From the NCBI RefSeq assembly GCF_007748075.1, contig NZ_CP036280.1, positions 1,830,001-1,862,000 on the forward strand: 32,000 nucleotides of DNA, in the 5' to 3' direction. This document shows, one piece after another, positions 1 to 8,702 of this stretch. The translations under genes were made by a program, and so were the position numbers. Position 1 is the first letter of the stretch, and each line of letters opens with the position of its first letter. The notes beneath the pieces were generated by a model that searched no databases, was not told the DNA's origin, and saw only the letters and a program-made list of their open reading frames with translations. The stretch comes from Mucisphaera calidilacus (GTDB taxonomy: Bacteria > Planctomycetota > Phycisphaerae > Phycisphaerales > Phycisphaeraceae).

Positions 1-287
1 GGCGAGATGTAGTTCATCCGGCTGACGACGCAGACGTACTGGTTGTAGTCGAGTTCTTCGCCGAGTTTTTCGAAGCCGGAGTGGAGGTATCCGATGTGGG
101 GCGTGGTGCGGACGACGCGTTCGCCGTCGAGTTCGAGGACAACGCGGAGCGTGGTGTGGGTGGCGGGGTGCTGGGGCCCGAAGTTGAGGGTCCAGCGGTC
201 GCCCTTCGTGCCCGCATCGGGGTCGACGTAGGGCGTCGTCTCCATGTCCACGTCGTAGACGTCCATCGGTTGGAGGTTGTAAGCCAT
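1..287 (-). CDS. nuoD: NADH-quinone oxidoreductase subunit D, N-terminal 95 codons (gene continues past the left edge)
   Basis: Absent from the ORF track because there is no stop in the window. My reverse-strand translation from the ATG at 287-285 gives MAYNLQPMDVYDVDMETTPYVDPDAGTKGDRWTLNFGPQHPATHTTLRVVLELDGERVVRTTPHIGYLHSGFEKLGEELDYNQYVCVVSRMNYIS. It carries the NuoD hallmarks NFGPQHPA.H..LR..LELDGE and IGYLH.G.EKL. Track ORFs 14..352(-) and 81..359(+) are off-frame shadows. Confidence 0.88.
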   Translation of the reverse strand, partial: MAYNLQPMDVYDVDMETTPYVDPDAGTKGDRWTLNFGPQHPATHTTLRVVLELDGERVVRTTPHIGYLHSGFEKLGEELDYNQYVCVVSRMNYIS

Positions 288-413
288 GCGTGCGTTTGCC
301 TTATCGCCAGGTGCCGGCGTTCGGCCGGTTCGGGGGTGGGATATCGTAGCAATTCATAGCCGGTTCAGAGGCAGGCGGGCCACGGACGGGTCTGAGAATC
401 TATCCTGATCCGG

Positions 414-1391
414 TTGTCGCGTGATGCCCCTGTCCAGCTCGATCCCCGTGAGGCCCGTCGTGTCGTGTTTGATGCGGCGGAGGCGCTGGGTTTTGGTCTG
501 GTGGGTGTGACGGATTCGCGGGCGAGTGATCACGAGGAGCACGTGCGGGCGTGGGTCGCTGACGGGCAGCATGGCGAGATGGGGTATCTCGCGGAGAACC
601 TCGATGTGCGGCTGGACCCCGGGCGGCTGCTGTCGGGTTGCCGGTCGATCGTGTGCGTGGCGGATGCGTACCGGGATGACGTGGAGCCGACGGAGGCGGG
701 GAAGACGGCGCGGTATGCGGGTGGGCGTGATTACCACCGAGTGATGAAGCGGAAGCTTCACGCGCTGGCGGACGGTCTGCGCGAACGGTATCCGGGTGCC
801 GATTTCAAGACGTGTGTCGATACCGCCCCCCTGCTGGAGCGTGAGCATGCGGCGCGAGCGGGTCTGGGCTGGATCGGGAAGCACACGCTGCTGATTCATC
901 CGCGTCACGGTTCGTGGCTGCTGCTGGGCTGCCTGCTGACGACGCTTGAGGTGGAGACGAGTGAGGCGGCGGGTTATCCGGGGGCCACGGTTGCGCCGGT
1001 GGATCACTGCGGGACGTGCACGGCGTGCATCGACGCCTGCCCGACGGGTTGTATTTCGCCTTATGCGGTGGATGGCTCGCGTTGCATCAGCTACCAGACG
1101 ATCGAGAAGCGATCGCCGTTCACACCCGAGGAAGAGAGTTCCCTTGCGGGGAATCTGGCGGGTTGTGATATCTGCCAGGAGGTGTGCCCGCACAACCGAT
1201 CGGAGCAGCGCGTGGCTCTGCCGGTGCGTGCGGATTACGAGCCTCGTGGTCATGCGCGCGGCCTGGACCCGTCAAAGGTGGTGTCGTGGGATGAATCGGA
1301 CCGGCTGCGTCACCTGTCGGGCACGGCGTTGATGCGGCTGACGCTCGGGATGCTGCACCGCAATGCTCGGGCGTTGCTGGACGGAGGATGA
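414..1391 (+). CDS. queG: epoxyqueuosine reductase (tRNA queuosine biosynthesis)
   Basis: 325 aa. The N-terminal region (HGEMGYL, DAY.D) is followed by two ferredoxin-type cluster motifs, CGTCTACIDACP and CDICQEVCP, as in QueG. The start is TTG at 414 and there is no in-frame ATG before the conserved part, so the start is uncertain. Confidence 0.85.
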   Translation: MSRDAPVQLDPREARRVVFDAAEALGFGLVGVTDSRASDHEEHVRAWVADGQHGEMGYLAENLDVRLDPGRLLSGCRSIVCVADAYRDDVEPTEAGKTARYAGGRDYHRVMKRKLHALADGLRERYPGADFKTCVDTAPLLEREHAARAGLGWIGKHTLLIHPRHGSWLLLGCLLTTLEVETSEAAGYPGATVAPVDHCGTCTACIDACPTGCISPYAVDGSRCISYQTIEKRSPFTPEEESSLAGNLAGCDICQEVCPHNRSEQRVALPVRADYEPRGHARGLDPSKVVSWDESDRLRHLSGTALMRLTLGMLHRNARALLDGG

Positions 1392-1450
1392 CAAAGCAGG
1401 GTGTGATCTTCTAACCTGTCAGGTTCCACTTTGAACTTAGGAGTCAGGAC

Positions 1451-2236
1451 ATGGGTCTGATGGACGGCAAGAAGGGCATCATCTTCGGCGTAGCCAACGA
1501 GCGTAGCTACGCGTACTTCATCGCGAAGCGTCTGGCCGAGCAGGGTGCGGAGCTTTACTTCACGTACCTGCCGATCGGGAAGATGGAGCACCGTGTGAAG
1601 AAGGCCGTGCAGGGCCTGGGGATCGAGGACCCGTGGCTCGTGCCGTGTGATGCGAGTTCGGATGAATCGCTGGACGAGGTGTTCGCAAAGCTCAAGGCGG
1701 ACGCGGGGACGATCGACTTCGTGGTGCACTCGATCGCGTTCGCGGACAAGGATTACCTGGACGACGACAAGTTCCACCAGACGCCTCGTGCGGTGTTCAC
1801 GCAGTCGATGGACATCTCGGCGTACACGCTGGTGGCGATGGCGCAGCGTGCGCAGCCGCTGATGCCCGAGGGCGGTTCGATGCTGTCGCTGACGTATTAC
1901 GGCGGGGAGAAGGTGGTGCCTCGCTACAACGTGATGGGCGTGGCGAAGGCGTGCCTGGAGCACACGACGCGTTACCTCGCGTTCGAGCTGGGCGACAAGG
2001 GCCGGAACATCCGGGTGAACACGATCTCGGCGGGCCCGTTCAAGACACTGGCGGGCGCGGGTGTCGGGGGGATGGACGAGATGCTCGCGCACCAGGAGGC
2101 GAAGTCGTCGTTGAAGCGGACGAACACCGGCGACGAGGTGGGCGACACGGCGGTGTATCTGTTGAGCGATCTGTCGTCGGGCGTGACGGGCGAGACGGTG
2201 CACGTCGACTGCGGTTTCTCGACTGTGGGGTTTTGA
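1451..2236 (+). CDS. fabI: enoyl-[acyl-carrier-protein] reductase (NADH), FabI type
   Basis: 261 aa. The N-terminus GKKGIIFGVANERSYAY matches the FabI dinucleotide-binding region. The Y-x6-K catalytic pair lies in YNVMGVAKACLE, and ISAGP is also present. AGGAG sits 7 nt upstream of the ATG. Confidence 0.92.
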   Translation: MGLMDGKKGIIFGVANERSYAYFIAKRLAEQGAELYFTYLPIGKMEHRVKKAVQGLGIEDPWLVPCDASSDESLDEVFAKLKADAGTIDFVVHSIAFADKDYLDDDKFHQTPRAVFTQSMDISAYTLVAMAQRAQPLMPEGGSMLSLTYYGGEKVVPRYNVMGVAKACLEHTTRYLAFELGDKGRNIRVNTISAGPFKTLAGAGVGGMDEMLAHQEAKSSLKRTNTGDEVGDTAVYLLSDLSSGVTGETVHVDCGFSTVGF

Positions 2237-2274
2237 GTTTTTCCCACGATCCGTGCTGAGTTGACCTGAGTATG

Positions 2275-2306
2275 AAAAAAGCCCTCGCGTTGGCGAGGGC
2301 TTTTTT
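2275..2306. terminator. bidirectional rho-independent terminator between convergent fabI and the PEP-CTERM gene
   Basis: aaaaaa-GCCCTCGC-gttg-GCGAGGGC-tttttt. The 8-bp GC stem spans 2281..2288 and 2293..2300, with an A6 tract on the left and a T6 tract on the right. Confidence 0.85.
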
Positions 2307-2327
2307 GTGGGTGGGTTGTGTTGTGGA

Positions 2328-3443
2328 TCAGGCGGAGCGTCTTCGCTGGATGAGGGCGAGTGCGGCAAGGGTAATGAGTGAGGCGGGTTCGGGGACCTGG
2401 ACGAGGACGAGGTCGCGGTCGCCGATCTGGCCGATGACCTTCTTGAATTTCTGGGTGTCCTGAACGTTGTCATAGACCTTGAGGTCGAGGTAGGCAAGAT
2501 CGCCGTCTTTGAGGACGACCTGGATGAAGTCGCCACCGAGGTATCGCTGATCTCGGTCGAAGAGCATCTCGGCAAAGAGGTGCTGGTCGTCTTCGTGGGC
2601 CTCGAAAATATTCATCAGGGGGTAGTTGTCCTGACTGAAGAGCAGGTGGGTGTCGGAGGCGGGATCGATGCCGGCAGCGACCATGGGGATATCGAGGTTG
2701 TTGAACACCGACTGCAGACCCGGGAGCGGTGCCTGGTGGATCGCTTCGCCGGCGAGGTCGACTTCGAGTGCGAAGACTTCGCCGGTGCTGGTCATCTCGA
2801 GTGTGTAGGTGGAATAGCCGGGCATGCCGGCGGTTCGCTGAACGTTCTTGAGGCTGAGGGAGAGTTCGCCGGTGACGTTGGTGATGGTGGGCTCGGGCTC
2901 GGGCGGCTGCCAGTCGAGGGGCTGGATGACGGCGTTGGGGTCGCCGATGCGGCCGGAGAACCAGTCGATCTCGTCCATGCCCTGGCCGTAGGTTCCGATC
3001 GAGTATTCCGCGGCGGCGCCGTCAGGGAGGACAATGCGTGTTACGTCCAGTGCGGGGGAGCCGTCCCGGGTCGCGAATGTGCCATAAAGGTGTCGGTCGG
3101 ATTCGGAGGCGGTGACGATGTTGACGGGTTCGAGGTTGCGATTGAAGAGCAGTTGAGTGTCGTGGGCGGGGTTGAGGCTGAGGTTTTCAAGAAAGACGTT
3201 GTTATCGCTGAAGACGGTTTCGATGCCGAGGGGGTTGTATTGGTTGAGCTCGGAGGCGAGGAATTCCATCTCGAATCCGTTGAGTCTAAAGCCGTCGCCG
3301 TCGAGGTTGAAGGTGTAGGCGGTGAAGCCGGGCAGGTCGATCAGCGGCTGAGCGTTGATGGATAGTGTGGCCGCGTGTGCTGATGCAGCGGTGAGGGCGG
3401 CGATCAGGGCGGCGGTGCGTGCGGTCGAGGTCCAGAGATTCAT
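2328..3443 (-). CDS. secreted PEP-CTERM-anchored protein with two tandem homologous domains (hypothetical function)
   Basis: 371 aa. The N-terminal signal peptide is MNLWTSTARTAALIAALTAASAHA. The C-terminus VPEPASLITLAALALIQRRRSA has the PEP motif, a hydrophobic helix and an Arg cluster, which is the exosortase sorting signal. The two halves align through PG[FY].[AT]YT, DT[QH]LLF, D.HL[YF], [PK]DG and G.IGD. Confidence 0.8.
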   Translation of the reverse strand: MNLWTSTARTAALIAALTAASAHAATLSINAQPLIDLPGFTAYTFNLDGDGFRLNGFEMEFLASELNQYNPLGIETVFSDNNVFLENLSLNPAHDTQLLFNRNLEPVNIVTASESDRHLYGTFATRDGSPALDVTRIVLPDGAAAEYSIGTYGQGMDEIDWFSGRIGDPNAVIQPLDWQPPEPEPTITNVTGELSLSLKNVQRTAGMPGYSTYTLEMTSTGEVFALEVDLAGEAIHQAPLPGLQSVFNNLDIPMVAAGIDPASDTHLLFSQDNYPLMNIFEAHEDDQHLFAEMLFDRDQRYLGGDFIQVVLKDGDLAYLDLKVYDNVQDTQKFKKVIGQIGDRDLVLVQVPEPASLITLAALALIQRRRSA

Positions 3444-3479
3444 GACGTGCTCCCGGTTCGTGGAGGATTGAATGCTGTC

Positions 3480-3508
3480 ATACTAGCGGCGGTCCACGGC
3501 GGTGTAAA
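3480..3508 (-). promoter_or_regulatory. sigma-70-type promoter for the PEP-CTERM gene
   Basis: On the minus strand: TTTACA (3508..3503), a 17-nt spacer, then TAGTAT (3485..3480). This lies about 37 nt upstream of the ATG at 3443, and GGGAG precedes the start codon. Confidence 0.5.
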
Positions 3509-3544
3509 TACTTTTCATGCTTTTAACAATCGCCAAAGAGCACT

Positions 3545-3572
3545 AAAAAAGCCCTCGTTTGCCGAGGGCTTT
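3545..3572 (-). terminator. rho-independent terminator of rpsD
   Basis: aaaaaa-GCCCTCG-tttgc-CGAGGGC-ttt. Read on the minus strand, the hairpin is followed by a U6 tract, 33 nt past the rpsD stop. The stem sequence is nearly identical to that of the 2275..2306 terminator. Confidence 0.8.
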
Positions 3573-3604
3573 GGGGGAATCGGGTTGATCGGGTTCGGGC
3601 CGGT

Positions 3605-4228
3605 TTAGCGGTAGAACTCGATGATGAGGTTCATGTTGACCTCGAAGGGTACCTGATCGGGCGTGGGGATGGAGAGCGCCTTGGCGGTCAGGGTGGAGGG
3701 GTCGAAGGTGAGCCATCCGGGGACTTCGTGTCCGGGGAGGGACTCAAGGTTCTCGCGGACGAGGTCTTCGACGGTTCGCTTGGAGTTTTCGCGTTTGCGG
3801 CGGATGATGGTGATCTCGTCGCCGACGCGGACGGAGAAGGAGGGCCGGTCGGTCTTGCGTCCGTTGATGGCGATGTGACCGTGGGCGACCATCTGCCTGG
3901 CGGCCCAGATGGAGCGTGCCCAGCCCAGGCGACGGATGACGTTGTCGAGCCGCTGCTCGAGCATGGAGAGGAGGACGTCGCCGGTGTTGCCCTTGGTTCG
4001 GGTGGCTTTGCCCATGTAGAGGCGGAACTGCTTCTCGAGGACGTTGTAGTGGTAGCGGAGCTTCTGCTTCTCGTTGAGGCGGACGCCGAAGTCGCGCAGA
4101 CGCCGACCACGGAAGCCGTGCATGCCCGGGGGGTTGAGTTGTCGCTTGGCGGTGTGCTTGGGGAGGTCGGTGATGGGGACGCCGACGCGTCGTGAGAGCT
4201 TGAGCTTCGGACCGGTGTAGTTTGCCAT
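3605..4228 (-). CDS. rpsD: 30S ribosomal protein S4
   Basis: 207 aa. It begins MANYTGPKLKLSRR and has the S4 RNA-binding domain RLDNVIRRLGWARSIWAARQMVAHGHIAINGRK. AGGAG lies upstream of the ATG. Confidence 0.95.
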   Translation of the reverse strand: MANYTGPKLKLSRRVGVPITDLPKHTAKRQLNPPGMHGFRGRRLRDFGVRLNEKQKLRYHYNVLEKQFRLYMGKATRTKGNTGDVLLSMLEQRLDNVIRRLGWARSIWAARQMVAHGHIAINGRKTDRPSFSVRVGDEITIIRRKRENSKRTVEDLVRENLESLPGHEVPGWLTFDPSTLTAKALSIPTPDQVPFEVNMNLIIEFYR

Positions 4229-4339
4229 AAACTCCTGTATTGACCGGATTTGGCGGCCAATATCTCCGTGATTGTGCTCGACCGTGGCTACGGTGTCGCG
4301 TTGAGATCACAGCTGGACACCTTGCCCAGCGAGCCAAGT

Positions 4340-4368
4340 ATTAAACGTGAGATTGGCCAGACTGTCAA
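4340..4368 (-). promoter_or_regulatory. strong sigma-70-type promoter of rpsD
   Basis: On the minus strand: TTGACA (4368..4363), a 17-nt spacer, then TTTAAT (4345..4340). This implies a 5' leader of roughly 105 nt before the rpsD ATG at 4228. Confidence 0.6.
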
Positions 4369-4466
4369 ATCGTCACGGGCGGCATTGCCCGTAAGGTTTA
4401 GCAGTGAAAAGGGTTGTGGCGTGGATGGGATGGGAGTCCGGGCTGGTTGTGGTCGATGGAGCGGGT

Positions 4467-4856
4467 ATGAACACGCGTCATATTATCGTGGTGCTGTCGT
4501 TGTCGGCTGCCCTGGTGCTGCCGGGGTGCTCGCTGTTCGAGCGTCGAGGCGTGGAGACGACGGATCGGTCGATCGCGTCGGGCGGCATGCATGGGGGGCA
4601 TTACAACGGCCGTCTGGACGGGGGGCCGGTGGCCCAGGCGGACCCGCTGCCGTCGTGGACGGTGACGAATGTTGAGACCAAGCAGCGACACGTGACGGTG
4701 ATCGACCCGGAGACGGGGCTGTTTGTTCGTCGGGCAGTGAAGCAGCAGGTGGTGACAGAGGAGCCGTGGCTGGCTGCGCCGGTGACGGTGCCGGAGACGG
4801 GGGAGAAGAAGCATCGAAAAGATCGTCGCGACGGCCGGCCGGGCGGTGGTGATTGA
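4467..4856 (+). CDS. small lipoprotein, hypothetical
   Basis: The internal ATG at 4467 gives MNTRHIIVVLSLSAALVLPGCS, a classic lipoprotein signal with an L-P-G-C lipobox. The tail EKKHRKDRRDGRPGGGD is basic. The track start at 4404 adds a non-signal extension and is less likely. Confidence 0.6.
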   Translation: MNTRHIIVVLSLSAALVLPGCSLFERRGVETTDRSIASGGMHGGHYNGRLDGGPVAQADPLPSWTVTNVETKQRHVTVIDPETGLFVRRAVKQQVVTEEPWLAAPVTVPETGEKKHRKDRRDGRPGGGD

Positions 4857-4879
4857 GCGGAGTCGGCTAAGATTCGGGT

Positions 4880-6430
4880 ATGAACGTGATCAAATCGGTC
4901 GAAGTCGTTTCGCCTCGCCGTCGTCTCGTGGGGAATGTAGCCCTGGTGGCGGTGTTCGTGGCGTTGATCCTGTTTGCGTTGTCGAGTGCGCTGGGTCGGT
5001 CGGTGGGTGATGACCTGGCGTTGATCGTCGATGTGCGTCACTTCATTCTGAACCAGCACATCGAGGAGGTGGACAGCGAGACGCTGACGGAGGCCGCGAT
5101 CAACGGGATGATCGGTGCGCTGGACGATCCGTACACGGATTACTTTCCGCCTGAGGCGTTGAAGGCGTTCAGCGAGCAGATTGACGGCGAGTTCTCGGGG
5201 ATCGGCGCGGAGGTTGATCTGAAGGATGAACGGCTCCGGATCATCAGCCCGCTGGAGGGGTCGCCGGCGTGGGAGTCGGGCGTGCTCGCGGGCGACATCG
5301 TGCTGGAGATCGACGGCGAGTCGACGGAGGGGATGCCGCTGCGCGAGTGCATCAAGCGTTTGAAGGGTGTGCGCGGGACGGACGTGACGATCAGTGTGCT
5401 GCACCTGTCGGGTGAGGAGCAGGAGATCACGATCACGCGCGACACGATTCAGGTGACGACGGTGCGCGGCCTGACGCGTGACGCGGAGCTGCACGAGTCG
5501 TTCTGGATCGACAAGGAGCGGGGCATTGCCTACGTGCGTCTCACGCAGTTCGGCGCAAAGTCGATCGAGGAATTCACGGCGGCGATGAACCAGTTGAAGG
5601 CGGAGGACGTGAAGGCGCTGATCCTTGACCTGCGTTTCAATCTCGGCGGCTTGCTGCCGGCGGCGCAGGCGATCTCGGACATGTTCCTCACGGAGGGACA
5701 GACGATCGTCTCGGTGCGTGCGCGGACGGGCGAGGAGCAGTTCTCGACGTCGACGGCGGAGACGATCTTCCCGGACCTGCCGGTGGCGGTGCTGATCAAT
5801 GACGTGAGTGCTTCGGCGTCGGAGATCGTGTCGGGGGCGCTCAAGGACAACGGGCGTGCGCGGCTGATCGGCGTGCGGACCTTCGGCAAGGGGTCGGTGC
5901 AGAACGTGCACGAGTTCGCGGAGGCGGGCTCGGCGTTGAAGCTCACGACGGCGTACTACTACATCCCGTCGGGTCGGAAGATCCACCGCGTCGAGGGGGC
6001 CGAGACGTGGGGGATTGATCCGTCGGACGGCGGGTGGGTCTCGATGTCATTCGAAGAAACGAAGGCGATGATGGAGGTGCGTCGTGACGCGGCCATCCGC
6101 CGAGCGGAGTCGCACGAGACCGTGACGCGGACGACCTTTACCGCGGACGAGGTGCGGGAGACGTTGAAGGATCCGCAGCTGGCGGCGGCGCTGGAGTCGG
6201 CGGGGACGTACCTGGATTCGGGTGCGTGGCCGACGGTCGGTGCCGAGAGCGGCGACGCGATTCTGAAGCTGGTCAAGCGTGAGCGTCTGGAGCGGAGCCG
6301 GGACCGGCTGCGCGAGGCGCTGGCGGCGGTGGAGGAGGAACTGGTCACGCTGGACGAACCGGAGACGGAGGCTGCGGCGGCGGATGAGTCGGCGGTCGAG
6401 GAAGACGTGATCGAGTCGGCCGGCCCGTGA
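4880..6430 (+). CDS. ctpA: carboxy-terminal processing protease, S41 family, with PDZ domain
   Basis: 516 aa with an N-terminal membrane anchor. The PDZ segment is GIGAEV...PLEGSPAWESGVLAGDIVLEIDG. S41 motifs are LDLRFNLGG, the catalytic Ser in SASASEIVSGAL and the Lys in TFGKGSVQ. The C-terminal tail is acidic. Confidence 0.9.
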   Translation: MNVIKSVEVVSPRRRLVGNVALVAVFVALILFALSSALGRSVGDDLALIVDVRHFILNQHIEEVDSETLTEAAINGMIGALDDPYTDYFPPEALKAFSEQIDGEFSGIGAEVDLKDERLRIISPLEGSPAWESGVLAGDIVLEIDGESTEGMPLRECIKRLKGVRGTDVTISVLHLSGEEQEITITRDTIQVTTVRGLTRDAELHESFWIDKERGIAYVRLTQFGAKSIEEFTAAMNQLKAEDVKALILDLRFNLGGLLPAAQAISDMFLTEGQTIVSVRARTGEEQFSTSTAETIFPDLPVAVLINDVSASASEIVSGALKDNGRARLIGVRTFGKGSVQNVHEFAEAGSALKLTTAYYYIPSGRKIHRVEGAETWGIDPSDGGWVSMSFEETKAMMEVRRDAAIRRAESHETVTRTTFTADEVRETLKDPQLAAALESAGTYLDSGAWPTVGAESGDAILKLVKRERLERSRDRLREALAAVEEELVTLDEPETEAAAADESAVEEDVIESAGP

Positions 6431-7518
6431 TGTCGGTGATTCTGGGCATCGAGAGCAGTTGTGACGAGACGTCGGCGGCGGTGGTGCGTGATGGTCGGGT
6501 TGTGCTGGGCCACGTGGTGGCGTCGCAGCACGAGCTTCATGCGGAGTACGGGGGTGTGGTGCCCGAGATCGCGAGCCGTGCGCACCTGGAGCGTCTGCTG
6601 CCGGTGCTGAGGCAGGCGGTGGGTGAGGCGGGTGTTGGTTTTGAGGATCTGGACGCTGTGGCAGTGGGGAATCGGCCGGGGCTGATCGGTTCGCTGCTGG
6701 TGGGTGTGTCGGCGGCGCAGGCGCTGGCGTGGTCGCTCGGCGTGCCGCTGATCGGGATCGATCACGTGCAGGCTCATCTGTATGCGGGGCACCTGGTGGA
6801 TGGTGAGGAGCCTGCGGCCGAGGTGATGGCGGAGCGGACGCTCGGGCTGGTGGTGTCGGGGGGTCATACGAGTCTGTATGACGTCGGCGGGCCGTTGGAC
6901 GCCGAGGTGATCGGCCGGACAATCGACGACGCGATCGGCGAGGCGTACGACAAGGCGGCGGTGATTCTCGGGCTGGGGTTCCCGGGCGGGCCGGCGGTGG
7001 AGCGGTGTGCGGCGGGGGGTGACGCGGATCGGTATGCGTTGCCGGTGTCGATGCTGGGCCGGGAGAGTCTGGATTTTTCGTTCAGCGGTTTGAAGACGGC
7101 GCTGCTTTATCTCGTGCGGGGCCGGCCGAAGACGGTGGCGGGCAAGCCGGTGTTCGAGCGGTCGTCGCAGGACCTGGGCGAGCAGGAGCGGGCGGACCTG
7201 GCGGCGTCGTTTCAGCGGGCTGCGGTGCACGCGGTGACGAAGAAGATCGAACGGGCGCTGGACCGTTCGGCGGCGGGGTACGGAAGACTGGTCGCGGGGG
7301 GCGGGGTGACGGCGAACCGGTACCTGCGCGGCGAGCTGGCGTCGGTTGCGGAGCGGCGGGATCTGGAGCTGATGATCCCGAAGATGATTTACTGTGTGGA
7401 CAACGCGGCGATGATCGCGGGGCTGGCGCACCACCGGTTTGTGGCGGGTGACGTGGACGGTCTGGATCTGGCGGCGATGTCGACGCCCTCGGGCGCGGGG
7501 AAGCGGAAGAAGGCGTGA
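6430..7518 (+). CDS. tsaD: tRNA N6-adenosine threonylcarbamoyltransferase
   Basis: Contains ILGIESSCDETSAAVV, the metal-binding H-x3-H in IDHVQAHLYA, and SGGHTSLY. The ATG at 6430 shares its A with the ctp stop TGA (6428..6430). The GTG at 6427 is an alternative start. Confidence 0.93.
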   Translation: MSVILGIESSCDETSAAVVRDGRVVLGHVVASQHELHAEYGGVVPEIASRAHLERLLPVLRQAVGEAGVGFEDLDAVAVGNRPGLIGSLLVGVSAAQALAWSLGVPLIGIDHVQAHLYAGHLVDGEEPAAEVMAERTLGLVVSGGHTSLYDVGGPLDAEVIGRTIDDAIGEAYDKAAVILGLGFPGGPAVERCAAGGDADRYALPVSMLGRESLDFSFSGLKTALLYLVRGRPKTVAGKPVFERSSQDLGEQERADLAASFQRAAVHAVTKKIERALDRSAAGYGRLVAGGGVTANRYLRGELASVAERRDLELMIPKMIYCVDNAAMIAGLAHHRFVAGDVDGLDLAAMSTPSGAGKRKKA

Positions 7519-7542
7519 GGCGAAGTGGGTTAGACTCCGGGC

Positions 7543-8340
7543 ATGTCGCTTGAGCTGTTGTTTTTAGGCACGGGGACGTCGGCGGGCGTGCCGCTGATCG
7601 GGTGTGACTGTCGTGTGTGCACGTCGTCGGACCCTCGTGACCAGCGGACCCGGCCGAGCGTGGTGGTGCGTTACGCGGACGGTGCCGGGGTGGAGCGGCA
7701 GTTTCTGATTGACACGACGCCTGAGCTGCGTGTGCAGTGCCTGCGTGAGGGGATCAAGCGGGTGGATGCGGTGCTGTACACGCATGCGCACGCGGATCAC
7801 ATCGTGGGGACAGACGATCTTCGGCGCTTCAACGCGGTGCAGGACACGGCGTTGGACATCTACGCGGACGAGCCGACGTTCGAGGTGTTGGGCCGGATGT
7901 TCAAGTACATCTTCGATACGTCGATGAACCTGAACAAGAGCTTCGTGGCGACGCTGATCCCGCACCGGGTGGAGCATGGCGTGCCGTTCGAATTGCACGG
8001 CGCGACGTGGACGCCTGTGCGGCTGATGCACGGCCGGCTGCCGATCACGGGCTACCGGGTGGACTGTGGCGATCGTTCGGTGGCGTACTGCACGGATGTG
8101 TCGACGATCCCGCCTGAGAGCCTGGCGCTGCTGACGGGTCTGGACGTGCTGGTGATTGATGGTTTGCGGCACAAGCATCACCCGACGCACCTGACGATCG
8201 ATCGTGCGTGCCAGTACGCGGCGGACCTGGGGGCGAAGCAGACTTATCTGACGCACATCGGTCACGAGGTGCTGCACGCGGAGGTCGAGCGCGAGTTGCC
8301 CGACGGCGTGCTGCTGGCTGTGGATGGGGGGAGGGTGTGA
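7543..8340 (+). CDS. MBL-fold metallo-hydrolase, PhnP-like
   Basis: 265 aa. It has LFLGTGTSAGVPLIGCDCRVC (a Cys cluster like the PhnP N-terminus) and the H.H.DH motif in YTHAHADHIVG. The exact substrate cannot be told from the sequence. Confidence 0.8.
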   Translation: MSLELLFLGTGTSAGVPLIGCDCRVCTSSDPRDQRTRPSVVVRYADGAGVERQFLIDTTPELRVQCLREGIKRVDAVLYTHAHADHIVGTDDLRRFNAVQDTALDIYADEPTFEVLGRMFKYIFDTSMNLNKSFVATLIPHRVEHGVPFELHGATWTPVRLMHGRLPITGYRVDCGDRSVAYCTDVSTIPPESLALLTGLDVLVIDGLRHKHHPTHLTIDRACQYAADLGAKQTYLTHIGHEVLHAEVERELPDGVLLAVDGGRV

Positions 8341-8355
8341 TCTACGATTTGACGC
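8319..8355 (+). repeat. direct repeat, copy A (3' end and stop codon of the MBL gene)
   Basis: TGTGGATG-gggggagggtg-TGATCTACGATT-tGAcGC. It matches copy B apart from an 11-nt gap and 2 mismatches. The shared exact 14-mer TGTGATCTACGATT lies at 8336..8349. Confidence 0.7.
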
Positions 8356-8461
8356 AATCCCCTGGCGGGTTCATGAGTGGCGGGAGATTTCTGTTGTCGT
8401 GGTTCGCCGCCATCGCTATGTTCGGGACGTTGTGATATTTGTCACTGATCCGGATGTAATC

Positions 8462-8677
8462 ATGAGGTTCGTGATGGCCAACAACGCTCAACCAACTTCG
8501 ACGGCGTTTTGCATCGTTGCCGGCGCTGTGTCCGGTCTTCTGATGGCTGTTGTGGTGATGGGGATCCCTCGCCTGCTGTCGATCGACATCCCTGTGCGGG
8601 CCGAGCAGGTCGTGGCGTGTGTCATTGCCACGGTGACAGCGACGTGGGTGGCGACTCGGCTGGCCAAGCGGGGTTAG
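8462..8677 (+). CDS. small two-helix membrane protein, hypothetical
   Basis: 71 aa from the ATG at 8462 (alternative ATG at 8474), with two hydrophobic helices, AFCIVAGAVSGLLMAVVVMGI and VVACVIATVTATWVA. It uses many T-ending codons, unlike its neighbours. No recognisable family. The track start at 8324 is unlikely. Confidence 0.4.
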   Translation: MRFVMANNAQPTSTAFCIVAGAVSGLLMAVVVMGIPRLLSIDIPVRAEQVVACVIATVTATWVATRLAKRG

Positions 8678-8702
8678 ATGGCGCGTGCGTCGTCAGTGGG
8701 TG

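Noticed and set aside
14-359. Track ORFs 14..352(-) and 81..359(+).
   Set aside because: A third frame on the minus strand encodes a clean NuoD N-terminus (1..287). These two are off-frame shadows with low-complexity translations.
2272-2463. A 63-aa ORF, MKKALALARAFLWVG....
   Set aside because: Its start is the terminator hairpin itself (aaaaaagccctcgcgttggcgagggctttttt). The rest is antisense to the PEP-CTERM gene.
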